64,000 nt of DNA from Truepera sp. (GTDB lineage Bacteria > Deinococcota > Deinococci > Deinococcales > Trueperaceae), in contig CBDCKW010000009.1 in the NCBI GenBank assembly GCA_965218435.1, positions 96,001 through 160,000 of the forward strand, given 5' to 3'. Under the pieces are notes generated by a model, which was given only the letters and a program-made list of their open reading frames with translations, did no database searches and had not been told where the DNA came from. Below, in pieces: positions 19,518 to 29,074 of the stretch (its first letter is position 1; each line of letters opens with the position of its first letter). The position numbers were made by a program, and so were the translations under genes.

Positions 19518-20951
19518 ATGATCGGGACGCCCGTTGAGCACCCTCAGTACGGCCCCGGTCAGGTGGTCGCCGTTTACAAACGGGGCAGCGAGTGGTTGGT
19601 GCGTTTTGAGAGCGGCCTGCGTTTCCGGCGACCCCGGCAGGAGTTTACGGGGGAGCACGCCGACGCCGCGCCCATCGCCCCGGCTCGTGCCACTCAAGTC
19701 AACCCGCCGCTGCTCGAGGGCCGGTTTGGGGCACGTGGGCTGATCGAGGCGCTGCGGCTCGGCATTGCGCCTGCGCAGCAAGCGCAGGCGCTTACCATCG
19801 GTCTGGAGAAAGAGCGTGCCAGCCTGGGCGCAGGGTTAGAGAGTGCGCAGCGGGGTCACGGCGCGGTGCGTGCGGTGGTCGGCGACTACGGTCAGGGCAA
19901 GAGCCACATCGTCGAACTCACCGCTCAAGCGGCGCTCGAGCGCAACTTTTTGGTCGCCGGTAGCAGTCTCGACCTGCTCGAGCTGCCGCCCCACCGCGGC
20001 TTCGATATCTACGCCAGCCTCGCGCAGAACCTCCGCTACCCGGACAACGACGAGTGGGGGGACGAGCGGGGGTTGGGGCCGCTGTTAGAACGCGCCACCG
20101 AACGGCAGCTCGCGGAACCTCTGGCGGCGGCAGCGGCGCTCGAGGTTGATCCCTTACAGCTCACCGTCCGCGCCCTGGCGACGACCGCTTCGTCGCGGCA
20201 GCGGCGTGCTTGGGAGCGGTTTTTAGCCGAAGGTCGCCGGGTTAAAGCGATGAACCCGGCCCTCAAGCAGCTTTTACCCAAGGGGCAACGGTTTCCCAGC
20301 CTCTACAAGGTCGGTCACAACGCCCGTCAGCTGGCCTATCTGCTGAGCGGCGTGAGCGTCCTCGCCCGGCTCGCGGGGTACAGCGGTCTCGCGGTCCTCA
20401 TCGACGAAGCCGAAAGCTACTCGCTGCTCAAGCCTTACCAGCGCCCCAAAGCAGGGCAATTTTTCAGCGCGGTCAGCTATGCGGCGCTGTCGGGCCGACA
20501 CCCACATCTGCGCGAAAATGACTTCGCTCATCACCGCTTCTGGGACTACCCGCTGTACTATGGGGGTTCCTCTGGTAATTCTTATAGCGGCTCCGCCGGA
20601 CTCTTTTTTCTCTTTACCGTAACCCGCAGCGATAACCGCTTGCCGCTCGAGGTGTGGCTCGCGCCTGAAGACGTGCTCGAGCTCGAGCCTCATCTCAGCC
20701 CGCAAGAACTCGCGCAGTTTTTAGAGACGCTGGGGCGTTTTCACGCCCAAGCCTACGCTTACACGCCGGACGAGCGCCACGGACAACTGCGCCGCGCCGC
20801 CGCAGAACACCTCGCGCGGGGGGTGCGAAACCACCTTTTGGGCGTACGCGGGGCGGTGCGCCTGAGCGTTGACCTTTTCGACCTCCTCTATCTCTACCCT
20901 GAGTACGAAGTGGTGACGATCTTGGACGAACTGCGGGCGCAGCTGCGATAG
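19518..20951 (+). CDS. Second BrxD/DUF2791-like ATPase with N-terminal Tudor-like domain
   Basis: VEHPQYGPGQV..WLVRF N-terminus; IEALRLGIAP, GDYGQGKSH, GYSGLAVLIDEAE. Confidence 0.82.
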   Translation: MIGTPVEHPQYGPGQVVAVYKRGSEWLVRFESGLRFRRPRQEFTGEHADAAPIAPARATQVNPPLLEGRFGARGLIEALRLGIAPAQQAQALTIGLEKERASLGAGLESAQRGHGAVRAVVGDYGQGKSHIVELTAQAALERNFLVAGSSLDLLELPPHRGFDIYASLAQNLRYPDNDEWGDERGLGPLLERATERQLAEPLAAAAALEVDPLQLTVRALATTASSRQRRAWERFLAEGRRVKAMNPALKQLLPKGQRFPSLYKVGHNARQLAYLLSGVSVLARLAGYSGLAVLIDEAESYSLLKPYQRPKAGQFFSAVSYAALSGRHPHLRENDFAHHRFWDYPLYYGGSSGNSYSGSAGLFFLFTVTRSDNRLPLEVWLAPEDVLELEPHLSPQELAQFLETLGRFHAQAYAYTPDERHGQLRRAAAEHLARGVRNHLLGVRGAVRLSVDLFDLLYLYPEYEVVTILDELRAQLR

Positions 20952-21069
20952 CTGTCGCCATTTCAGAACCAGTTAAAGGTGTTGACAGCGTGCACTGTGG
21001 AAAAGAAGCAGGAAGCAGTAAGTGGCGGCCAGCTAAAAAACCGTGTTTCTCTACGCACTCAAAACGCAG

Positions 21070-21330
21070 CTTACGCACAAGCTGTCAAAGACACAGCAAT
21101 ACTTCGGACAGGTTTTGACATAAAATCCGAGTTGACTCGTCTGTGACGCAAAGCTCTTTGATAAAAGTCGTATCGAGAAGCGTCGTCCCCGACGTGTTTT
21201 CTAGGAAAGTATCCGAACTAATGATACAGAACATCTGCTGAAAAGGAAGAATGAAGCGTTCTCTACTCTCCCTTCTGCGTTCTTCATTCCTTTATATACC
21301 CACTCGTCTACCGAGAACAAACTGCGTAAG
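21070..21330. repeat. Non-coding element, copy B, with 8-bp terminal inverted repeats (MITE-like)
   Basis: Begins CTTACGCA and ends TGCGTAAG; end motifs shared with copy A. Confidence 0.6.
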
Positions 21331-21406
21331 GTGAATGAGGACGTAAGGCTCGAGCGCCCCAACGTCCAACCGATAGACGACCCTAAAGGGTAAGCTTTGA
21401 GGGCAG

Positions 21407-23476
21407 ATGGACACGCAGCTCAAAACCCAACTCGCCCGCACTTGGCCGGTCTTCTTCGCCGGGTACGGCTCGTTTACCGAGGTGCAGCGGCGCGCCATGC
21501 CCGTCATCTTGGCTGGTTGGGACACGCTGATTACGGCTGCGACCGCCTCGGGCAAAACCGAAGCGGCGCTGGTCCCGCTTTTAGAGCGGCACATCCTCGG
21601 CCGTGAGGGTTCCGGGCTGCGCCTCTTGTACCTCTGCCCGACGCGTGCGCTGCTCCGCGACCTGTTTGGGCGGCTCGAGCCCTCCTTACGCACCCTGGGC
21701 GTTGCGGCAACTATGAAAAGCGGCGATACCGGCCCGGTCTCTTCGCGTCGCCCGCCCACGGTACTCTTTACCACCCCGGAATCGACCGACTCGCTCCTCA
21801 CCCGTTCCCCCCGCCTCTTCCGAACCCTCGAGGCGCTTGTCCTAGATGAAATCCATCTCTTTGACGACAGTCCCAGAGGGGATCAGGTGCGCTGTCTGCT
21901 GGCACGTCTCGAGGTCATCCGTCAATTCAGTCAACCAGAGTTTGGTCAGCCGACGCGCCCCCCCGCACAGCGCGTCGCCCTCTCCGCCACCGTGGACGCG
22001 CCGGGGGCAATTGCCGCACGGTATCTGCGTGACGCGGTGATCGTTCAGGTTCCGGGCCACCGGGGTATAGCGGCCGAAATCGCGTCCATAAGTGAGCTTG
22101 GCGACCTGACGGCGGCGCTCGCAAAGGGCACCGCCAAAAAGACCCTCGTCTTTTGTAACACCCGTCACGAGGTCGAGCAGGTCGGGACTTTTTTGCGCCA
22201 AACGCTCCCTTTCGAGGCCACCGTACTGGTGCATTACGCCGATCTGGACAGCGCCATGCGGCGCGAGGTGGAGACGCGCTTTGCCGAAGCGAGCGTCGCG
22301 GTCTGTGTCAGCACCTCGACGTTGGAACTCGGCGTTGACATCGGCAGCGTCGATGAGGTGGCGCTGCTCGGGCCGCCCCCCAACCTGAGTGCGTTTTTGC
22401 AGCGCGTCGGACGGGGTGGCCGGCGGCGGCGCGAGAGCCGGGTGTTATGTTTGGCCCGCTCCGCGCTCGAGGTTCGCCACTTCGACGCGCTGCTCCGCCT
22501 GGCGCATGGGTTGATGCCTAAACTCCCGGCGCGGCACTACCCCTTTCGGCCGTCGGTATTGGTTCAACAGGCTTTTAGCCTCATCAAGCAGAGCCCTACC
22601 GGAGGGTTGCGTTTGGCCGACCTGCGCCGCGTTGTGCCGGAGGGACTAGGGGAGGGGACGCTCCGGAACGTTTTAGATCACCTCGTTACGGAAGACTACC
22701 TGACGCGCGGACGACCCGGCGAGTGGCGGGCCGGGCCGGGTCTCAACGAACTCGCGGACCGGCACGAGCTTTACAGCAACATCGGCGGCGACGTTTTGAC
22801 GACGACTGTCGTAGACGCTTACAGCGGACGACCGGTCGCCCGTACCGACCGACCGCGCCGGGTCGGTGAAACGTTGCTGATGGCGGGCCGCCCGGTCGAA
22901 GTGGCGTGGCGCGACCGGCACACGTTTGCGGTCAAGGAAGGTAAGCGCAGCGCCGCAAAAGACGTCATGCGCCTGGTCCGTTCGCGTCAAGCGGTACCGC
23001 TCGAGCTGGCTCAAGGCGTCGCTTCGTCATTCGGCCTTGGGGTAGGGGAGATGCCGCTTTTGCAGGACTCCTACGGGCTGCAGCTCGTTCATTTTTGGGG
23101 CGACGTTTACGGCGCGTGGCTCGCAGCTATCTTGCAAGCACACCACCTACAAAAATATTGGGAAGCACAGTACGCGCGTGAGGACGAACCCTTTGTGTTC
23201 TCGTACGACGCTTATACGCTCCGCCTTCCGTTTCCAGTCCCGGCCTTGCCGCCGTGGGACAGCACACTGGCGCTGGGCACGCTTAAAACGCTGGTACCCC
23301 GGCTCGAGCCTTACCTCGAGCTGGGCCGCTTTCAGCCTCTCTTGTCACCGGAGGTGGCGCTCGGGGGAATTGTAGCGGAGTGCGACGTAGTGCGGTTTGA
23401 AGCCCTTTACCGCGCAGGGAGGCTGATACCGGTGTCGCCGGGGCTCCGTGAAGCGTTACGGGAGCTGCACGAATAA
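21407..23476 (+). CDS. Lhr-like DEAD/DEAH-box SF2 helicase
   Basis: ATASGKT, PTRAL, TTPES, DEIH, SAT, STLELGVDIG, QRVGRGGR. Confidence 0.92.
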   Translation: MDTQLKTQLARTWPVFFAGYGSFTEVQRRAMPVILAGWDTLITAATASGKTEAALVPLLERHILGREGSGLRLLYLCPTRALLRDLFGRLEPSLRTLGVAATMKSGDTGPVSSRRPPTVLFTTPESTDSLLTRSPRLFRTLEALVLDEIHLFDDSPRGDQVRCLLARLEVIRQFSQPEFGQPTRPPAQRVALSATVDAPGAIAARYLRDAVIVQVPGHRGIAAEIASISELGDLTAALAKGTAKKTLVFCNTRHEVEQVGTFLRQTLPFEATVLVHYADLDSAMRREVETRFAEASVAVCVSTSTLELGVDIGSVDEVALLGPPPNLSAFLQRVGRGGRRRRESRVLCLARSALEVRHFDALLRLAHGLMPKLPARHYPFRPSVLVQQAFSLIKQSPTGGLRLADLRRVVPEGLGEGTLRNVLDHLVTEDYLTRGRPGEWRAGPGLNELADRHELYSNIGGDVLTTTVVDAYSGRPVARTDRPRRVGETLLMAGRPVEVAWRDRHTFAVKEGKRSAAKDVMRLVRSRQAVPLELAQGVASSFGLGVGEMPLLQDSYGLQLVHFWGDVYGAWLAAILQAHHLQKYWEAQYAREDEPFVFSYDAYTLRLPFPVPALPPWDSTLALGTLKTLVPRLEPYLELGRFQPLLSPEVALGGIVAECDVVRFEALYRAGRLIPVSPGLREALRELHE

Positions 23477-24079
23477 CGGTAGCGCGTACAGGTCGGGGTC
23501 TGAAGAGGTAATACTAATTCCGATTGATTTGTTTGCATAAACGGACAAGTCCGAGCGGAGCGAGTGGGAACAAATATACGGGTGGAGCGTAATAGACGAT
23601 CACTGAGGCTTTTTCTCGGTGATCGGGAATAAAGCGGAATCCGTATAAGACACAAAATCCAGAAACACATTTACTAGGTTGTGTTGATGTTTGCTCTTAT
23701 TATCCTGCTTTAAGTCCGTGAGAGACGCTATTTTCGTTATTCGGCTACTGCCTTCTGCTTGACTCTTTCGCATTACATACAGCTGACGACCCTCGCTAAG
23801 CTCAGAATATCAGCAGAACCCAGCTAGTGGCTAACCCAGGCATCATTACGGGCACTACGCGACCTCTGGACTCGCACTTCGCGCCACGCTTCAAGGGGCA
23901 CAGAGAGCATGACCAGCTTGGCTTGACCGTGACGTACATATTTGCTGACGCATATTCGTAATCCGTGCGGATGCAGGTGTGGGCCAGCACACCCTAGAGG
24001 GAGATGATGACCCAAAACCTCAGTTGAAAGTTCCGTTACCGCGAAGTCAAAGGGGCAGCTGGTCCGTCTGAGCGTGCTG

Positions 24080-26113
24080 TCACGGCTGCCCGTTACCTCG
24101 AGAGGTTACGAGATAGCTAAAACCGCCCGCTGAAACAGGGACGCGTATCCGGCCCTGACGACCGAGAACCGTTTCGCTCAGCGTGCCCGTATCGTCGTAG
24201 ATAAAGGCTTTGGCGCTCCTGGACACGTTGAGGGTCACGACTCGCCGCTCCGGGGCAAAGCTCTGCAGCAGCGTTTGCTCAGCGGTGCCGGTAAGGTCTA
24301 AACGCGCGATTTCCGGACGAATTAAAAAGGCGTCGAGCTGAACAGGCAGTTTACCTATTGGCGAAACGCTCAGCGGCACCATGCCTGCGTTTAGCTGATT
24401 TGTTACAGTACCCGGTGCTGAGGCCAAAGCTACCGTCAACAGACCTTTGTTTGACGAAACGCCGGGGTCACCCGCGCCGCCCAACCAGAAGGTATAGGGC
24501 TGTTGTCCCAAAGTCATTTCCGCGCCGGTGGCAAACAAAAGAATGGGTTGCTGCTCAAAGACCGGTAGGACAGCGTAACGCCCGCTTTCAGGCAACGTCA
24601 CCTCGAGCCCCAGCTGCCCACCGGGTGAGAGCGTGACATATGCGCCGCCACTCCACGAGGCTTCCCCGTTCCAAGCACTCTCCGGCGTGACGACTTTGCC
24701 TTGTGTCAGGGTGGCGGACTCGGCTTCTACTAACTGCCAGCCTTGTTGCAAGCTGCGGGTGGACCCATAAGCTGCCGCTTTTACGCCCGGATGCGCGTCC
24801 AAAGCCAACATCGAGAGCAAGCCGTGAACTGTACTCTCCGCGCCCGAGTTGGGGTTGATACGACCGTCGGTCTCGAGCCCGTCGAAGGTGCGCCCGGTTG
24901 CTACGTCATACATCGGGGTCGTGGCCCGGTTGTTGCCAAAATACCAGGCTCCGGCGATCCCGGCGAGCTGCTCGAAGACCGCTTCGCCGGTGAGGTCGGC
25001 GACCTCTAAGAGATTTTGCAGCGCGGCGTCGGCACCGTAGGCAATCTGCACCGTTTCAGCCGGGGTCGGGGTCCAACCTTGATCCGCCCCGCCTTGGACC
25101 AAGAGCAGTGGGACAAAGGTGCTCATTTCAGAGCGGGCGGCGGCAATCATCGTGGGTTCGCCCAGCACGTCCCCGGCAACCGCCAACGCCCCGGCCATCT
25201 GTGCGCCCCAGCCGTGCCACAGCGACCTCGAGCCCGTCCACGGCAGGGTCGCGCCGAAGGGAAACTCGGTAGGCGTGCGTGAGGTCAGCAGCATCAGGCC
25301 GTCGGCAAATTTTCGTAAGGCGTCTTCAGCTCGGGGGTTTGAAGTCGCGCGTAGATACGCCGCGAGGCCGTAGACCGCTTCACTCGAAGCGTCCGCGCCG
25401 CCGTTAATCAACCAGGTCGGATTTTGAAAGCCGTGAAACGTCTCGGTTTTAGGATAATTGACCAAGACCTGCCGCTCCAAAGCCCCCAGCGCCAGCTCGA
25501 GCCTCGCTTCTAAAAACGCCGCAAAGTCCGGGTCGTCCGCCGTAAAAGCTGCGTAGCCCTCACCCAGCGCCCATACCGTCCGGGCCAGCCAATATGACGC
25601 GCCGGAATCGGACGGGTCGGGTTGCTCGACAGGTTCGGCGCTCGGATTTAAGGTTCCGTCCGGTTGCACCCATAAGACGACGTTGCCTTCATTCGGCCCC
25701 GGTGTCAGCGTCTGTAAGTAGGCGACGGTGCGTAAGAGACCATACGCCTTGGTGCGGCTACTCGCAGTACCGGTTTGCTGCCAGTGCCGCAGATAGACGA
25801 CCGCCGCGCGGGTCAGGTCGTCGGCGTTAAACGCCCCTTGACCCCAGGTGTCGGTCGCCGCGTCGTAGTCGCCCCCTCCAACGCGGCGATAAGTGCCGTT
25901 TTCCAGCGGTTCGGCGTAGGTCCAAAGTGCCAGCAGTTCAGGGTTTTCAGCCAGCCGGTAGGTGCTGTGTCCTGCCTGTTCGGGCGGCGTGATCGTTTGG
26001 GTTAGAAAATCGAGATGAGACAGGTTGGTTAAGGTCTGCGGCGCAGCTGCAAAGGCTCCTGAAAGACCTAACCAGGTCAGAATTACAAGTGATTGTAAAG
26101 AGCGTTTTAACAT
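24080..26113 (-). CDS. Secreted glycoside-hydrolase-like protein (probable alpha/alpha barrel plus C-terminal beta domain)
   Basis: AAGGAG before ATG 26113, signal peptide, NADDLTRA and NSGAEST motifs; last gene of a sugar operon. Confidence 0.6.
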   Translation of the reverse strand: MLKRSLQSLVILTWLGLSGAFAAAPQTLTNLSHLDFLTQTITPPEQAGHSTYRLAENPELLALWTYAEPLENGTYRRVGGGDYDAATDTWGQGAFNADDLTRAAVVYLRHWQQTGTASSRTKAYGLLRTVAYLQTLTPGPNEGNVVLWVQPDGTLNPSAEPVEQPDPSDSGASYWLARTVWALGEGYAAFTADDPDFAAFLEARLELALGALERQVLVNYPKTETFHGFQNPTWLINGGADASSEAVYGLAAYLRATSNPRAEDALRKFADGLMLLTSRTPTEFPFGATLPWTGSRSLWHGWGAQMAGALAVAGDVLGEPTMIAAARSEMSTFVPLLLVQGGADQGWTPTPAETVQIAYGADAALQNLLEVADLTGEAVFEQLAGIAGAWYFGNNRATTPMYDVATGRTFDGLETDGRINPNSGAESTVHGLLSMLALDAHPGVKAAAYGSTRSLQQGWQLVEAESATLTQGKVVTPESAWNGEASWSGGAYVTLSPGGQLGLEVTLPESGRYAVLPVFEQQPILLFATGAEMTLGQQPYTFWLGGAGDPGVSSNKGLLTVALASAPGTVTNQLNAGMVPLSVSPIGKLPVQLDAFLIRPEIARLDLTGTAEQTLLQSFAPERRVVTLNVSRSAKAFIYDDTGTLSETVLGRQGRIRVPVSAGGFSYLVTSRGNGQP

Positions 26114-26180
26114 TTTACTCCTTTTGAAACGGCTCAGCTCCCGGCTTGCTACGCCGTTAAACGGGTGGAAAGTACCCTGG

Positions 26181-27089
26181 TCAGCCATTTCTAAGCGTCC
26201 AGGTAAGCAGCGCCTCGAGGTGCGCTCTCGCCAGTCCGACCACCCGGTCAGCGCCGCCATAGTAGAGATAGATGGTGCCGTTTATAACTGGGTTGGCTGT
26301 GCCGAAGACGACATTCGGGACGTCGCCGCGCAGCTCCCAAGCCGTTTGCGGCTCTAACACCGACGCCTCGGGGCGTTTAAGCACTTTGGTCGGGTCGTCT
26401 TTGTCTAGGAGCGCGACGCCCATACAGTAGACGTGGTCGTCGTCGTAACCGTGATAGATCATCAGCCAGCCTTCGTCGGTCAAGATCGGCGGGCCTCCGG
26501 CTCCGACCCGTTTGCCGTCCCAGAGGCCGGGACGCGGCGAGAGAAGCTGGGCGTGGTCCTCCCAAATGTACATGTCGTCGCTAAAGGCGAGCCAGACGCT
26601 CGGGGGGCGGCGGTGAAAGGTCACAAAGCGCCCGTCAATCTTGGCGGGGAAGAGGGCGTGGTCTTTGTTGTCTTCGTGCTGCACGACCGGCCCCAGCTTT
26701 TCCCAGGTGATGAGGTTGTCTGAGACCGCGTACATCGGGGTGATGCCCTGCGGCGGGACGCCGACATTGGGAAAGGGGCTCGAGCGGTCGAAGGCGGTAT
26801 AAGCCATGTAAAAACGGCCGTCTAACTCGGTGACGCGGGGGTCTTCGACGCCGCGCGCGTCCATGTCGCTGCTTGGGCTCAGTACGGGTTCGCGCAGCCG
26901 GTTCCAGCTGAGGCCGTCCGAAGAGACGGCGTACCCAATCCGCGACACGTAGTCGTAGCCTTGGGCGCGGTAGTACATGTGAAAGAGTCCGTTATGGATG
27001 ATCACAGCCGGGTTAAAGACGTTGACGGCTTCCCAGGGATTGGCCGGGTTGGGAACGAGGACGGGGGTGTAGTGGCGCTGAAACTTCAC
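26181..27089 (-). CDS. GH130 family glycoside phosphorylase/mannosidase
   Basis: VFNPA, GVEDPRV, YTAF, NKD, HR, YHG, VPNVVF, YYGGAD motifs. Confidence 0.9.
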   Translation of the reverse strand: MKFQRHYTPVLVPNPANPWEAVNVFNPAVIIHNGLFHMYYRAQGYDYVSRIGYAVSSDGLSWNRLREPVLSPSSDMDARGVEDPRVTELDGRFYMAYTAFDRSSPFPNVGVPPQGITPMYAVSDNLITWEKLGPVVQHEDNKDHALFPAKIDGRFVTFHRRPPSVWLAFSDDMYIWEDHAQLLSPRPGLWDGKRVGAGGPPILTDEGWLMIYHGYDDDHVYCMGVALLDKDDPTKVLKRPEASVLEPQTAWELRGDVPNVVFGTANPVINGTIYLYYGGADRVVGLARAHLEALLTWTLRNG

Positions 27090-27219
27090 GGAGAACTCCT
27101 CGGAGCTTGAGTTGACTGGGTTTGGGGTGGTTTGGGCTGGGGACGTTACCGGCTTCTTGATGCCTACTTCTTACGCTCTACTCCTTGGTAGAACCGCCAT
27201 ATCACCTTGGGTTGCCGAC

Positions 27220-28263
27220 TTAAGAACTCGAGCGTATAACAAGTGAGACGGGTAGTTCGGGCGACGTGGTGGGCTGTCCTCCAAGCCGCGCTAACAGCTG
27301 CGTCGCCGCCTCAGTGCCGAGCTGTTGACGCGGAATCTGCAGCGTCGTGAGGGGCGGATGGCTATAACGGGCGAGGGCAATATCGTCAAACCCGACGACG
27401 GCAACGTCGTCCGGCACGCGCATTCCTACCTCGGCAAGGGCGCGCAGCGCACCGAACGCGGCCATGTCATTGGCGGCAAAAACCGCGTCGAAAGGGGCTG
27501 CGGTAAGCAACTTTTGTGTGGCTAAGTAGCCGCCGTCCGGCCCCAACCGGCCCGTTTGTTGTCGTTCAGGTAAAGCCTCCTTATCCGCTTCGGCGTGGGC
27601 GCGAAGATAGCCCCGACGCCGCTGCAAAAAGTTCGGGTCATGGGGCACTTCGGCAATGAACGCGACCCCCCGGCGTCCTTTTGCGAACAGGTGCCGAGTT
27701 GCCTCATACCCGCCCGCTTCATTGGCCACAGTGACGCTCGGAATCTCAGGACGCCAGCCGCGCCAGCCCCCCGCCGAATCTACCAAAACGAGGGGCAGAC
27801 GCTGCTCGAGCTCTCTTAAGAGCGCCGCCGGTAAGTCACACCCGAGGGCGACTACGCCGTCGCAGCGGCCCTGCACCCACCCCGGGTTGACGCTGTCGGC
27901 ACGCAGGAGTAGCAAACTTAAACCGTTGGCGGTTAAGTGCGCCTCGAGCCCGCCCACCACCTCGGCGTAAAACGCGTCTAAAAAGGTGGGGCCGTGACGC
28001 CCGGAAACGAGGACAGCGACCGTCTCGGTCCGGCCCGATTTAAGCATCTGGCCCGCTGCGTCGGGGGTGTAACCGAGCTCGAGTGCTGCTCTTTGCACCC
28101 GTTCCCGCGTGCCGGGACTAACGTCGGCGTAGCCCCGGAGGGCTCTCGAGACCGTCGAGATCGACACACCTACCGTAGCCGCTACATCGCGGATACTGAC
28201 ACGTTTTCCGGCGCGTTTGCCGGTTCTGCCGGGTGGTAGCAATTTACTTAAAGACAAAGGCAA
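27220..28263 (-). CDS. LacI family transcriptional regulator
   Basis: SIRDVAATVGVSISTVSRAL HTH; VPDDVAVVGFDD, PPLTT. Confidence 0.93.
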   Translation of the reverse strand: MPLSLSKLLPPGRTGKRAGKRVSIRDVAATVGVSISTVSRALRGYADVSPGTRERVQRAALELGYTPDAAGQMLKSGRTETVAVLVSGRHGPTFLDAFYAEVVGGLEAHLTANGLSLLLLRADSVNPGWVQGRCDGVVALGCDLPAALLRELEQRLPLVLVDSAGGWRGWRPEIPSVTVANEAGGYEATRHLFAKGRRGVAFIAEVPHDPNFLQRRRGYLRAHAEADKEALPERQQTGRLGPDGGYLATQKLLTAAPFDAVFAANDMAAFGALRALAEVGMRVPDDVAVVGFDDIALARYSHPPLTTLQIPRQQLGTEAATQLLARLGGQPTTSPELPVSLVIRSSS

Positions 28264-29074
28264 TCCCAGCCGTAAACTGTTTGCGAAAAAACCAAAAGAC
28301 GATCAAGACCGGCAGCGTCAACAGCGTACTCGCCGCGTAGATCGGTCCCGGATACGGCGCGTACGACCCTGAGAGCGACGCCAGCAAGACTGAGAGCGTC
28401 ATCTTCGAGCGGTCACTCACGACCATCAGGTCCCACAAAAGTTGCCCCCAACGGTCCATAAACAAGAATAAGGTAATCACCGCGGTGATCGGCAGTGACA
28501 CCGGGACGATAATCCGAAAGACCACCGCGATCTCCGAGGCCCCGTCAATCCGCGCCGCCTCGATCATCTCACTGTCCACCGATTTGAAAAACGAGGTGTA
28601 CATAAAGATGGCCCACACGCTCATCGCCGTCGGGATGATCATCCCCGCGTAAGAGTTATAAAGCCCGACGTAACGCACGATCAGAAAAGTGGGAACGAGC
28701 AAGATGATGGCCGGAAAAAACATATGAAACAAGATGACGTTGTTGATCAGACCTCGGCCCCGGAACGGAATCAGTGACAAGGCGTACCCGACCAACCCCG
28801 CCGACACGACCATCAGCAACACGCTGGTCACCGTCACGATAAAGCTGTTGACGAGCGCCTGCAGCCACGGGTCCCGCGCACCCGCCTCGAAAAAGAGCCA
28901 GTTGTACGAACGTAGGGTGAGGCTGCTGGGGATGACCTGTTTGTCCACCTGGTCCCAGGGTGCGAGCGACTGCACGATCAGGTAGAGAAACGGTGACACG
29001 GCTGCGACGACCCCGACGAGCAAAACGAGCGCGACCAAGCTGCGCCCGAGCGGATTTGCCCTAGCGCCAACCAT
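28244..29074 (-). CDS. Carbohydrate ABC transporter permease
   Basis: EAARIDGAS EAA motif, six TMs. Confidence 0.93.
   Translation of the reverse strand: MVGARANPLGRSLVALVLLVGVVAAVSPFLYLIVQSLAPWDQVDKQVIPSSLTLRSYNWLFFEAGARDPWLQALVNSFIVTVTSVLLMVVSAGLVGYALSLIPFRGRGLINNVILFHMFFPAIILLVPTFLIVRYVGLYNSYAGMIIPTAMSVWAIFMYTSFFKSVDSEMIEAARIDGASEIAVVFRIIVPVSLPITAVITLFLFMDRWGQLLWDLMVVSDRSKMTLSVLLASLSGSYAPYPGPIYAASTLLTLPVLIVFWFFRKQFTAGIAFVFK

Noticed and set aside
17142..23476. Calling the cluster canonical BREX or Shango
   Set aside because: No pglX, pglZ or pglW and no TerB-domain gene; two ATPases instead of one
23477..24079. 600-bp gap after the helicase with a hairpin near 23597-23625 and 62-87 aa ORFs
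   Set aside because: No recognisable product or RNA family; the hairpin is adequately explained as a terminator
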